Origin: Clostridia bacterium
GTDB taxonomy: Bacteria; Bacillota; Clostridia; Christensenellales; QALW01
DNA: 64,000 bases
Assembly (NCBI GenBank): GCA_045601365.1
Contig: JAZRZN010000034.1
Location: 29,888-93,887, forward strand
Reading direction: 5' to 3'
Position 1 is the first letter of the stretch; every line of letters begins with the position of its first letter. The notes under the pieces were generated by a model that was given only the letters and a program-made list of their open reading frames with translations, was not told where the DNA came from and made no database searches. Below are positions 11,082-19,737 of this stretch, piece after piece. Position numbers and translations under genes: made by a program.

Positions 11082-11939
11082 ATGGACGTTGATTTTCACT
11101 TGAACAACACTTATTTCGGCGATCCGCGACGCTTTGACGGAATAAACATATTTCAGATAGGACGGCTGTTCGCCAAAAGCACGACCGTAATAAATGAGCA
11201 TTTACACGGTCCGCTGTTTGAGCTGACCGTCGTTACCTCCGGCAAAGGCACTGTCAGCACAAATAACATTCCGACAAACGTTTCACGCGGAGACATCTAT
11301 TTAAGCTTTCCGGGCGACCTGCATAAAATCGAATCAGACAGACTTGATCCGCTGAAATTTGATTTTCTGGCATTCACCGCAGAGCATGAGGAGCTTTCCA
11401 TAGAGCTTAAGCGCATAAGCAAGGAATATGCCGATCCGTGCAAGCGTCTCTTTGCCGACGAGCGCATATCCGACCTTTTAAGCAATGCCATAATGGAAAT
11501 GAGCGACGAAAAACCGCTGTCGCACATAGTGCTTTCGTCAATTTTCAAACAGATACTCGTATATACGGTAAGAAGCTTCAGCGATTGCGCACATGGAATA
11601 AAGGGTATGACAAAATCCGAAATACTGTGCTACAGCATAATGAACTATATCGACACGCATATATACTCAATAGGCTCGCTTGAGGAAATAGCTTCGTTTA
11701 CCGGCTACAGCTACGGTTATATCTCCGGCGTATTCCGCCGCGTAACATCGGGGACGCTTTCCGATTATTATCATAATCGCAAACTTGAAGAGGCTCGCAC
11801 GCTAATAACAAAAAGCAATTATACGCTTACCGAGATCGCCGCGATGCTTAATTATTCATCCGTCTACGCCCTCAGCAAATCGTTCAGCAAGCGTTTTTCG
11901 CTTTCGCCGCGTGAATACCGCAAACGGTATAAAACATGA
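11082..11939 (+). CDS. AraC family transcriptional regulator (cupin sensor + HTH)
   Basis: C-terminal double HTH (SLEEIASFTGYSYGYISGVFRR...LTEIAAMLNYSSVYALSKSFSKRFSLSPREYR) and an N-terminal cupin-like region. Divergent from the oxidoreductase operon. Confidence 0.88.
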   Translation: MDVDFHLNNTYFGDPRRFDGINIFQIGRLFAKSTTVINEHLHGPLFELTVVTSGKGTVSTNNIPTNVSRGDIYLSFPGDLHKIESDRLDPLKFDFLAFTAEHEELSIELKRISKEYADPCKRLFADERISDLLSNAIMEMSDEKPLSHIVLSSIFKQILVYTVRSFSDCAHGIKGMTKSEILCYSIMNYIDTHIYSIGSLEEIASFTGYSYGYISGVFRRVTSGTLSDYYHNRKLEEARTLITKSNYTLTEIAAMLNYSSVYALSKSFSKRFSLSPREYRKRYKT

Positions 11940-12011
11940 CCGCCACGCGCGAAAAATGTCAATATTTATATGGACAATAAAAAGAAGATTTTTTAACATT
12001 CTTTTACAATA

Positions 12012-12040
12012 TTGACTTTGTATTTTTGCAGTGTTATAAT
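12012..12040 (+). promoter_or_regulatory. consensus extended -10 sigma-A promoter of the heparinase II/III-like gene
   Basis: TTGACT (12012-12017), 17 nt, TGtTATAAT (TATAAT = 12035-12040). AAGGAG RBS before ATG 12071. Confidence 0.7.
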
Positions 12041-12070
12041 AACCGCAAATAATAAAAAGGAGCTTAAGCA

Positions 12071-13774
12071 ATGAAACAGACAGGTATCGAATTTATAAAG
12101 CCGTTTGGCGAAAAGCTTTTCGGCACATGCAACACAGTTAAATATATCTATCCGCGCGAAGAGCTTATCAAGGATGAGATTTTTCCGTATTTCGTAATGG
12201 ACGGCGGCGCATTCAACCTCGCCAACGATATTTTCGGAACGGTAAGAGGCGATAAAATGCTTGCCGATATCCTTTCAGATGAGCTTTTTGAGGTATTCCG
12301 TTACAAGAGCAAATATAATTGGGAACGTTCGTTCGCTTACACCGAGGGCACAAATTTCACAAGAAAGTACGAATGGCAGATATGGCCTCAGCGACTTTAT
12401 ATGATACTGCCGATCGCACATGCATTTCTGCGCACGGGTGACAAAAAGTATTCCGATCTCTGGTTTGAGACTGTCAAGGGCTGGGTAGATGCTCACCCTT
12501 ATCAGGAATTTGACGCAAGCATAACATATTTTCAAACAGACATGGTTTGGCGTGATATGCAGGTGGCATGGCGCACACTGTCGCTTCTGCACAGTGTTTT
12601 CATGCTTCAGGATGCGCCGTTTACAGAGGAACAGTGGAAGTTCCTCTACGACCTTATAAAACAGCACACAATACACCTTTATCTTGAAGCCAAGGACCGT
12701 CTTGAGAGGCAGAAAGTACAGAACCATGTTCTTCAGATAGGCACTGCGCTGATCCTGTCGGCTTCTCTCTTCCCCGAATTTGAGATCGCATCCGAGGCTC
12801 TTGAAATGGGCAAAAAGATAGTTGCACTCAACATGCGCGGCATATTCCCCGAGGGCGGCAGTGAAGAGGACAGCCCGAGCTACTCGCACTTCATCGCGCG
12901 TCTGTATCTCGAAGCATATCTCCTGCTTAAAAACAACGGCTTCGCACCGCTTGAAGGTCTTGAAGAAAGCGTTCGCAATCAGTATCGCTGGCTTTATCTC
13001 TGCGCCGCGCCGACAGGCAAGGCACTCAGGATATCCGATTCGTATTCTATCGATGCCGAGGACGATATCGCGCGTGTAAGACGCCTTATCGACCTTGATC
13101 TGCCGGAAGAAAGAAAAAGCATTCTCTTCCCCGTCAACCGCTTTGCGATGCTCAAAAAAGGTAATATTTCGCTCTATGCCGATGCCATGCTCTGCAAAAA
13201 GACATGGGGTCACCTGCACAACGGCAGACCGCAGACGCTTTTCTTCCGCAAAGATGTTCCGGTGCTTGTCGATGCCGGTTGTTGCAGCTATGACCGTTGG
13301 GAGCTGTATGCCGCAATACAGGGTATAAAGTACCACAATGTCGTTTACTGCCCCGACATTCCCGAACGTGAAATGGAAATGGATACAAATATTACGGATT
13401 TCGGCGAAAACTTTGTCACGTTTACGAGCGATGTCGTTTGCGGCGATGTAAAATATCTGTGGGAACGCAAGATCACTATCGGCGAAGACTCTGTTGAATG
13501 GGAGGACACCGTCACATCGGAAACCGAGCTTAATTGGCGTGCGCATATGCTTCTTCAGCGTCAGGACACCAATTTCACCGACGCAAATTCACTTATGCAG
13601 ATAACCGAAAATTCAATGATGACGCTTGAAACCGCTCTTCCCTATACCCACGATTTGATAACCGTCATGAACGATGACAATAAGATCGACTACGCAATCG
13701 TTATCGAAAACAATTTGAAGAGCAAGCAATACAAAAACAAGATCAAATTCAAGTTCACCGACAGAACGATCTGA
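12071..13774 (+). CDS. heparinase II/III-like protein (putative intracellular polysaccharide/oligosaccharide lyase)
   Basis: 567 aa with no signal peptide. C-terminal signature WGHLHNGRPQTLFFRKDVPVLVDAGCCSYD resembles the Hepar_II_III motif. The N-terminal helical region (WPQRLYMILPIAHAFLRTGDKKY) resembles the alginate-lyase/heparinase N-domain. Confidence 0.62.
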   Translation: MKQTGIEFIKPFGEKLFGTCNTVKYIYPREELIKDEIFPYFVMDGGAFNLANDIFGTVRGDKMLADILSDELFEVFRYKSKYNWERSFAYTEGTNFTRKYEWQIWPQRLYMILPIAHAFLRTGDKKYSDLWFETVKGWVDAHPYQEFDASITYFQTDMVWRDMQVAWRTLSLLHSVFMLQDAPFTEEQWKFLYDLIKQHTIHLYLEAKDRLERQKVQNHVLQIGTALILSASLFPEFEIASEALEMGKKIVALNMRGIFPEGGSEEDSPSYSHFIARLYLEAYLLLKNNGFAPLEGLEESVRNQYRWLYLCAAPTGKALRISDSYSIDAEDDIARVRRLIDLDLPEERKSILFPVNRFAMLKKGNISLYADAMLCKKTWGHLHNGRPQTLFFRKDVPVLVDAGCCSYDRWELYAAIQGIKYHNVVYCPDIPEREMEMDTNITDFGENFVTFTSDVVCGDVKYLWERKITIGEDSVEWEDTVTSETELNWRAHMLLQRQDTNFTDANSLMQITENSMMTLETALPYTHDLITVMNDDNKIDYAIVIENNLKSKQYKNKIKFKFTDRTI

Positions 13775-13826
13775 TATTACGCTGCTTCCGAACTCTTGAT
13801 ATATCAATACCGCATTATGCAAAAAT

Positions 13827-13859
13827 CGCCCGGCAAATTTTCATGCCGAGCGTTTTTTT
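13827..13859 (+). terminator. rho-independent terminator (between convergent genes)
   Basis: Stem CGCCCGGCA/TGCCGAGCG (1 mismatch) followed by a T7 run (13853-13859). Confidence 0.65.
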
Positions 13860-13883
13860 ATAAATAATTCTTAATACCGCATA

Positions 13884-14069
13884 TCATATCAGTATTTCTT
13901 CATCCTGCACGTCGAATGCATCCTCCGCGCCGTTTGGCGACAGTATTTCTTCATCGTCATCAATATTGAACGGATCTGCATTACCTGATGCAGTAATTAT
14001 ATCTGCCTTGTTTATTTTACAAATATCCGCATCGGGCTTTTCATAGGCACGTCGTATTTTTTCTTCCAT
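13884..14069 (-). CDS. 61-aa highly acidic small protein, unknown function
   Basis: MEEKIRRAYEKPDADICKINKADIITASGNADPFNIDDDEEILSPNGAEDAFDVQDEEILI. AGGAGA RBS 6 nt upstream of ATG 14069. Starts 11 nt after the stop of the 636-aa gene; the track's longer start (14141) would overlap that gene. Confidence 0.45.
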   Translation of the reverse strand: MEEKIRRAYEKPDADICKINKADIITASGNADPFNIDDDEEILSPNGAEDAFDVQDEEILI

Positions 14070-14079
14070 ATTCGTCTCC

Positions 14080-15990
14080 TTACTGCGCATTGAATGCCGC
14101 CGCGGAAGCCCCGTATCTGCCGAGTGCCTGTATAAGCTCACTGTTCGTGCCGTTATACTTTGATGCGATATAGCTGTTCACGCTGTATGTCACAGTCTGC
14201 ATAACGGTACCGTTATGCTTAAGCTCTACCGTGTACTCGTCGCCGAATGCGGTAGCATATACGGCATCAAGATAAAGCGCATCATCTGTAATGTTGCTTT
14301 GCGTATATTTACTTTTTTGTCCCTTGCGCGTAACATCTACCGTTACATCCGTCCAATCTGTTACATTAAACCTGAAATAGAGCTGTACGACATCCGAAAG
14401 GCGAACGCCTACCGAATACAGACAGTAATTATTATTGCTTATCGCACCGACATTCTTGCAATCCGTCGGAACCTCAAACGTGCTTCTGTTCAAAGCTACC
14501 CATTCATCGGTATTCGGCAGATTATCCGAATGATAATGCCTGTATTTCTGCGCCGCCGCGCCGTAATCAAGCATATCGGCAAGCAGGGTTTTCATCGTGT
14601 TATATTTTGCCGGCGTATAGCCTAATTCTTCGGCGGTTTTTGAAACAAGCATAGTGCAATAATCCTTTACGGAAAACTCAAGGCTATCTATAACCTCATC
14701 GCCGATACTGTATTCTGCCGTGATCTTATCGTTCATGCACTGCGGAGTGATACCGTTGTAGGCGTACTTGTAGCCGTTGTTGCCGTCGGGAGTTCCGCCA
14801 AGCTCCGTCACCTTGCCGTTATGCGTTACGGCGACCGTGCCGTCAAACTTTGAATAATAGTTCAGCGTAAGCGAATCGGACACTGTAAGAGATGCGCCGT
14901 TAAACATATCCAAAGTATTTGTTATCGTCAATATTTGATACTTGTCCCATGCAGATATTCCCTCGGGATCGCATTCCGGGTCTGCAAACAAGTTCTCACC
15001 GAAGCCGGTCGGATCGTTTTCATCGTATTTTTTAAACATAAAGCCATCACATATCATATCGCCGGCATAATATTTACCAACCACATCAGATTCCGCAAAT
15101 TCCGTGCCTTCGTAAACTGTCTGAATATAAGATTTTACATACTCCAATGAGCCGGCGGGTATACTGATAGCTCCGCCGATATGATGCCATTCAGTATCAT
15201 TTATAGTAATAGCTGCAATGTTATTCCATTTTTTTGTACTGCCATTGATTTGATATTCTATTCCGAGATTTATTTCTACCTTGCGTGATTCAAAGTCCCC
15301 AGGAGGATTTGCAAAACGAACCCAAGCGGCAAAATAGTATTTACCGCCGGTCGAACTATCAATCCTCGTTGCAAGCTCCTGTGACGGACTGCCGCAACGG
15401 TGTCCGCGGCCGGAAATATACAATGCACCGCCGTCATGCGGAAGGATCTCTTCCGGGCAAAGTAAATATCGCTTTAGGGTCACAGGATTATCAAGCGGAT
15501 TATCGACCACCTGTGCTTCTATACTACCCGCTGCACCCTCTGTTAGTGCGGCATTTTGTAATAAGGATGCCTGTTCTTCCGTCAAATTACATATCGTAAA
15601 ATCGCATTTTTGGGTTTCGCTGCTCATCAATAAAATTTGATTTGCATTTGAAGTATAATCACAATGGATCTCCGCAGCTTCATGTGGAGGAATGGTTATT
15701 ACATTGCTGCTTAGTATATTAATCCAGTTTTCATCCGTGCGCAAATAAATTTTATACTCAGTATCTGCATTATTGTATAAAGTTACACAGACATCCTGTC
15801 CTTGAAGCAAAGAACTTCTTATTATTTCTTTACTTAACGACGTAAATAAAATACCCTGATCCCTCTGAACAGCTTGAAAACGTAGACCTTTAAACGTTCC
15901 CTCCTCCGCCGCAACGGTAACCGCGCTCAGCGCCGAGAAACAGGCTATCACCAATGATAGCAAAAGAACGAGAGATACTGCCTTTTTCAT
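14080..15990 (-). CDS. secreted 636-aa protein, unknown function (beta-rich, possibly carbohydrate-binding)
   Basis: Signal peptide MKKAVSLVLLLSLVIACFSALSAVTVAAEE. No catalytic motif that I recognise. Confidence 0.6.
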   Translation of the reverse strand: MKKAVSLVLLLSLVIACFSALSAVTVAAEEGTFKGLRFQAVQRDQGILFTSLSKEIIRSSLLQGQDVCVTLYNNADTEYKIYLRTDENWINILSSNVITIPPHEAAEIHCDYTSNANQILLMSSETQKCDFTICNLTEEQASLLQNAALTEGAAGSIEAQVVDNPLDNPVTLKRYLLCPEEILPHDGGALYISGRGHRCGSPSQELATRIDSSTGGKYYFAAWVRFANPPGDFESRKVEINLGIEYQINGSTKKWNNIAAITINDTEWHHIGGAISIPAGSLEYVKSYIQTVYEGTEFAESDVVGKYYAGDMICDGFMFKKYDENDPTGFGENLFADPECDPEGISAWDKYQILTITNTLDMFNGASLTVSDSLTLNYYSKFDGTVAVTHNGKVTELGGTPDGNNGYKYAYNGITPQCMNDKITAEYSIGDEVIDSLEFSVKDYCTMLVSKTAEELGYTPAKYNTMKTLLADMLDYGAAAQKYRHYHSDNLPNTDEWVALNRSTFEVPTDCKNVGAISNNNYCLYSVGVRLSDVVQLYFRFNVTDWTDVTVDVTRKGQKSKYTQSNITDDALYLDAVYATAFGDEYTVELKHNGTVMQTVTYSVNSYIASKYNGTNSELIQALGRYGASAAAFNAQ

Positions 15991-16091
15991 TGTTTATTTC
16001 CTTTCTTTTTCAAGAACCGATATCGGCTCATATTCGCATAAAATACTCACATAGCGAAAAATATATATTCGATTAGGTATATCCTTAGTTG

Positions 16092-16120
16092 AGTATATAC
16101 CTATATAAGCGAATTGTCAA
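16092..16120 (-). promoter_or_regulatory. sigma-A promoter of the 636-aa secreted-protein gene
   Basis: Minus strand: TTGACA (16120-16115), 17 nt, TATACT (16097-16092). Its -35 box shares bases with the divergent XRE promoter. Confidence 0.6.
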
Positions 16121-16142
16121 GCAAATATATATTTAATAGAAT
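16114..16142 (+). promoter_or_regulatory. sigma-A promoter of the XRE-family gene
   Basis: TTGTCA (16114-16119), 17 nt, TAGAAT (16137-16142). Back-to-back with the promoter above; the two -35 boxes overlap. Confidence 0.55.
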
Positions 16143-16175
16143 ATATTGTCAAAAGATTTTTTTGGAGTGGAAAAC

Positions 16176-16379
16176 TTGATACGGATATGTTTGGATACTA
16201 CGCTTGAAAAACTGAAAGTCAGCCGATATGAATTATCAAAAAGAACGGAAATACAATATCAGATCATAGATAATTATTATAAGAATAAAGTAAAAAGATA
16301 TGACAGTTATGTGATCGAAAGAATATGTGATGCGCTCGGTTGCGATGTGTCCGATGTTATAGAATATAAAAAAACATGA
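16176..16379 (+). CDS. XRE/Cro-type helix-turn-helix transcriptional regulator (HTH_26-like)
   Basis: ...LEKLKVSRYELSKRTEIQYQIIDNYYKNKVKRYDSYVIERICDALGCDVSDVIEY. I prefer the TTG start at 16176 (GGAGTGG 8 nt upstream) to the track start 16146, which lies within or upstream of the predicted transcription start. Confidence 0.7.
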   Translation: MIRICLDTTLEKLKVSRYELSKRTEIQYQIIDNYYKNKVKRYDSYVIERICDALGCDVSDVIEYKKT

Positions 16380-16473
16380 TTTCATCGTGACAAGTCTGTT
16401 TTTCTGCGCCCCTGCACGCCTTTGCGCACCGGCGGCACGGCTATATTTATGAGCTTTTCGGGAACGGCTGAAC

Positions 16474-16505
16474 AAAAAAAAGCACAGACTTATCGCCTGT
16501 GTTTT
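16474..16505 (-). terminator. rho-independent terminator after the 670-aa gene
   Basis: Minus strand: CACAG..CTGTG stem followed by a T8 run (complement of the A-run 16474-16481). Confidence 0.55.
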
Positions 16506-16523
16506 ATTATTTTCTTTTCCGCA

Positions 16524-18536
16524 TCACGGGTCGGCAATAAGCCGTTTGGCGGCATAGTACAAAGCCCAATCCTGGTCGTTTGACCAAGTATCATATCTTC
16601 TGCCGTAGCCGACACCGACAGGAATATTTTTATTGCTGTGTGCCGGATCATTCGAATACACCGTTATTTTATGCGGGTAAAGATAGCTGCTCGGTGCAAA
16701 TCCGTTAGCTTGGAAACCCGTAAGGTTATTCAAAAGAATATCTTTTTTTACGGTCTCGTACGTTTTTTTATCATCTGCGAGTGCAATATAATGATACATT
16801 TCACCTGCAAGGCAGTTCCACTGATGCGGAAACAGATCTCCGTATTGCATATAACTGCCGAACCAATATCCGTCCCAGTGCCTCAAACCCATGCCGTGCA
16901 TATGGACATCCGGCTGAAATGCGAAAAAGCTCTCGGCAAAGCTTTGTGCCGCAGGAAGAGCGTCGATGTACTTTTTCTCACCCGTCAAAATATAAGCCTG
17001 TGCAAAATAGATCGCAACGGTTGCCGCGCTTTCCGGTGCGCAAGCGCCCTCGCCCGACGGCGTCATCATATTGCGGTTCAGTATCGCATCCGCGTGTGCC
17101 GTAAAATAGCCTTTCATTTCTTCTGCCAACGAGGTCTCGCCGATACATTCGAGCGTTTTTACAAGCTCTGTCATCGGCATACATTGCGAATCCTGTTCAA
17201 TGCCGTTCTGTTCGTAATATCGGCGAACGATTTTCGTTGCGACGATCAGGTCATTTTTTCTGCCCCATAAGGCATAAAGATCGAGATAGAAGCAAGCAAA
17301 CCACGGATAGTTATAAATGCGGATGCATCTGTTATCGCGCATCTCGCTTTCGAATACTTCACCCGTATTTGTATCCACAAGCTCACGTTCCAAAAAAGAT
17401 ATATACTTTCGCAACGACGCTTCAAGCTCATCGTCATGACAGATGCGCAAAGCCTGAATCACCGTAAGTCCCATTGCGATGCGCTCCCTTGACGCATTGT
17501 GGTCATGAAAAAAGTGGCTGTAGTACAGACTGTCGTCATTGGATTCGTATATCAAATATGCTCCGTCAAGGTGACTGCCCTCAGAAAAATACTGCTGTTT
17601 GCATCTGATAAATCTTGCGCGTGCAAGAAGCAGCTCTTTCATATCCGGAAGAGCGTTCACGCGTATCCATGTATGCTTTCCGTTTATTCGCACATGGCAT
17701 GTATATTCACGGTATTCTTTCGGTTCAAGCCTCCATACGATTTCGCTTCCGCTAATTGAAAACGGCAGCTTTTCGTCATCGCAGCATATCTCCGCAGATA
17801 TGATCTTACCCGAATACCTCGCCGTCATTGTGATCGGCTCGCCGCCGACGGATGTATACGGTATTGCGTCAAGCTCTATGTGTCCCTCAAACGATGAAAA
17901 ATATTCTCGCGGCTCACGCTCATCAAGGCGAAACGAAAAAGCCGTCGTGATACTTTTCCCGGGTAGTATTCCTCGCGGCTTGGGATTCAGAACAAGATCT
18001 CCCCTGTAATTCAAGCCTATTTCCGCAAGATCGGCGTTTCTGCTGATGTCATATCCGCACACATCGCCTTCGGTCATATACACATAAAGGTACGGTGCAT
18101 TCCCGCTGAAACGTTTTGCCTGTATCCATGTGATCCCGTTGCCGCACCAAAGGTGCGCATTGACGAGCTTTGTAAACCATGGCTCTCCGACACGGATCAC
18201 ATTTTCAAAAGGCATATGTATCCCAAAAACGCCTTCGCGGAAGAAAAAGTCTATACGGTCATCGTTTATCACGGTATATTTTTCCGTATATTCCCCATCA
18301 CAGAGCGTCTTTTCAACTACCGCATGAACAGGAAGCTCAGAACTTTCAGAGCTGTATGTGATCCGAACGGTATTTCCGTCACGCACAACAAAATCAGTCA
18401 TCTCAATACCTTCGATATGACCGAAATCAGAGTCTTCACGCACCCAGTTATTTCCGTCATTTCCGTAAATACCGACGGTGTAGCCTGTGCTTTCATCTAT
18501 TTTAATATGCAGTTTTTCGTTTTTAAGTTCTATCAT
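16524..18536 (-). CDS. 670-aa cytoplasmic protein, unknown function (possible beta-sandwich + alpha/alpha-barrel glycan-active fold)
   Basis: No signal peptide. The C-terminal half is rich in helix-repeat and aromatic motifs (YNYPWFACFYLDLYALWG, HWDGYWFGSYMQYGDLFPHQWN). The fold guess is weak. 4-nt overlap with the PAP2 gene. Confidence 0.55.
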   Translation of the reverse strand: MIELKNEKLHIKIDESTGYTVGIYGNDGNNWVREDSDFGHIEGIEMTDFVVRDGNTVRITYSSESSELPVHAVVEKTLCDGEYTEKYTVINDDRIDFFFREGVFGIHMPFENVIRVGEPWFTKLVNAHLWCGNGITWIQAKRFSGNAPYLYVYMTEGDVCGYDISRNADLAEIGLNYRGDLVLNPKPRGILPGKSITTAFSFRLDEREPREYFSSFEGHIELDAIPYTSVGGEPITMTARYSGKIISAEICCDDEKLPFSISGSEIVWRLEPKEYREYTCHVRINGKHTWIRVNALPDMKELLLARARFIRCKQQYFSEGSHLDGAYLIYESNDDSLYYSHFFHDHNASRERIAMGLTVIQALRICHDDELEASLRKYISFLERELVDTNTGEVFESEMRDNRCIRIYNYPWFACFYLDLYALWGRKNDLIVATKIVRRYYEQNGIEQDSQCMPMTELVKTLECIGETSLAEEMKGYFTAHADAILNRNMMTPSGEGACAPESAATVAIYFAQAYILTGEKKYIDALPAAQSFAESFFAFQPDVHMHGMGLRHWDGYWFGSYMQYGDLFPHQWNCLAGEMYHYIALADDKKTYETVKKDILLNNLTGFQANGFAPSSYLYPHKITVYSNDPAHSNKNIPVGVGYGRRYDTWSNDQDWALYYAAKRLIADP

Positions 18537-19198
18537 ATTTTTTTGTCTTTGTTATCCAAATAACTCAATACCAAATAGTGAAGCGATGTTACCGCCATAC
18601 CGAGAAGCACGCTTGCGACGATGTCGGTGATCCAATGTACGCCCGAAAACATCCGCGTGATGACGACCGACGACGCAAGTATCAGGCAAAGCGTTCTGAG
18701 TATCCTGCTCAGCCGCTTATCATTTATATAATACGGTATTTGCAGGAACGCACCCGTTACAAACGTAAATGACATCAATGTATGCGACGACGGATACGAA
18801 AGCTTCAGCCCCTCGGCGGCATCAATGATAACGGGACGGTAATTGATCTCAACACGGTCGAACACAAGGTAGAGTGAAAGCGCAAGCAAATAAACGCACG
18901 CAAGCACATACAGACGCGGATCGACTTTGGCAAAGCTTTTGCGCTTGATAAGCTGGACAAAGCCCTCAAGTGTGAACAGGAATGCCGTTGCGATGCACGC
19001 ATATCCGAGTGCTTCCGAAATGTTATACAGTCCGCGGTCAAAGTTCAAAAACCGCTGTACCGCTCCGTTAAGTGACGCAAAGCCGACGCACGAATTTTCC
19101 GGACCTATCGGCTGTACATCTACCGTCATCACGGCAACCGTGAACAGTATGAACGCAACAAGAAATAAGACGGTAAATATAATGCCTTTTTTGCTCAT
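18533..19198 (-). CDS. PAP2 family lipid phosphate phosphatase
   Basis: Polytopic membrane protein with SYPSSHT and FSGVHWITD (PAP2 motifs C2/C3). GAGGGGA RBS. Confidence 0.8.
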   Translation of the reverse strand: MSKKGIIFTVLFLVAFILFTVAVMTVDVQPIGPENSCVGFASLNGAVQRFLNFDRGLYNISEALGYACIATAFLFTLEGFVQLIKRKSFAKVDPRLYVLACVYLLALSLYLVFDRVEINYRPVIIDAAEGLKLSYPSSHTLMSFTFVTGAFLQIPYYINDKRLSRILRTLCLILASSVVITRMFSGVHWITDIVASVLLGMAVTSLHYLVLSYLDNKDKKI

Positions 19199-19723
19199 TT
19201 ATTTCCCCTCATACTGAATAAGACTTTCAACATCATAATCCTTAAGCGCTTCTCTGCCGTGAAGCCCCTTAAGTTCGATGACAAACAGCATCTTGACTAT
19301 ATCACCGCCAAGCAGTTCAAGAAGCTCGGCACTTGCCTTTGCAGTGCCGCCGGTAGCGATAAGGTCATCAACCAAAACGACCTTTTCTCCTTTTTTTATC
19401 GCATCCTTATGTATTTCTATTTCCTCGGTGCAGTACTCCAACTCATATGCTTTGGAGACCGTTTCGCGCGGAAGCTTCCCTTTTTTGCGCACGGGTACGA
19501 ATCTCTTGTGCATTTTGTAAGCAAGCGGCGCACCGAGTATAAAGCCGCGTGCCTCCGCACCTGCTATCACATCGAATTCGACATCCTTGAGCCTTTCAGC
19601 CATTTTGTCAATGGCGATCGCTAAGCCGTCCGCATCTCGCAAAATTCCCGTAATATCACGGAACAGTATTCCCTCCTTGGGAAAATCAGGTATACTTATA
19701 ACATATTCTTCAAGCTCTTTCAT
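19199..19723 (-). CDS. apt: adenine phosphoribosyltransferase
   Basis: IPDFPKEGILFRDITGIL plus the PRPP motif VVLVDDLIATGGTAKA. Start at MKELEEY (19723), preceded by AAGGTGA. Confidence 0.92.
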   Translation of the reverse strand: MKELEEYVISIPDFPKEGILFRDITGILRDADGLAIAIDKMAERLKDVEFDVIAGAEARGFILGAPLAYKMHKRFVPVRKKGKLPRETVSKAYELEYCTEEIEIHKDAIKKGEKVVLVDDLIATGGTAKASAELLELLGGDIVKMLFVIELKGLHGREALKDYDVESLIQYEGK

Positions 19724-19737
19724 TTTTATCACCTTAA

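Noticed and set aside
12275-13546. 423-aa ORF antisense to the heparinase II/III-like gene. Similar long antisense ORFs occur at 670-1437, 20098-20907, 45397-46170, 50018-50935 and 56286-57014.
   Set aside because: Each lies fully inside a gene on the other strand that has recognisable family motifs, an RBS and operon context. The antisense translations are Arg/Cys/Phe-rich, low-complexity and lack start signals. They are typical shadow ORFs.
13884-14069. The small acidic peptide as a lasso-peptide or other RiPP precursor (Y-x-x-P leader-like motif).
   Set aside because: No lasso cyclase, leader peptidase, RRE, radical SAM maturase or exporter lies nearby. After the only plausible T-x leader end (…IITA/S…) there is no Asp/Glu at core positions 7-9. 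I keep it only as an unexplained small protein.
11950-16150. Recurrent TGTCAA(TA) / ATTGTCAA words in the intergenic regions around the AraC gene, the heparinase-like gene and the XRE gene. I considered them as a shared AraC operator.
   Set aside because: TGTCAA is the reverse complement of the -35 consensus TTGACA. In the regions upstream of the AraC gene (11037) and between the XRE and 636-aa genes (16115), the words coincide with properly spaced -35/-10 pairs, so promoters explain them. The remaining copy, TGTCAATA...GACAATA around 11957-11980, is too little evidence for an operator call.
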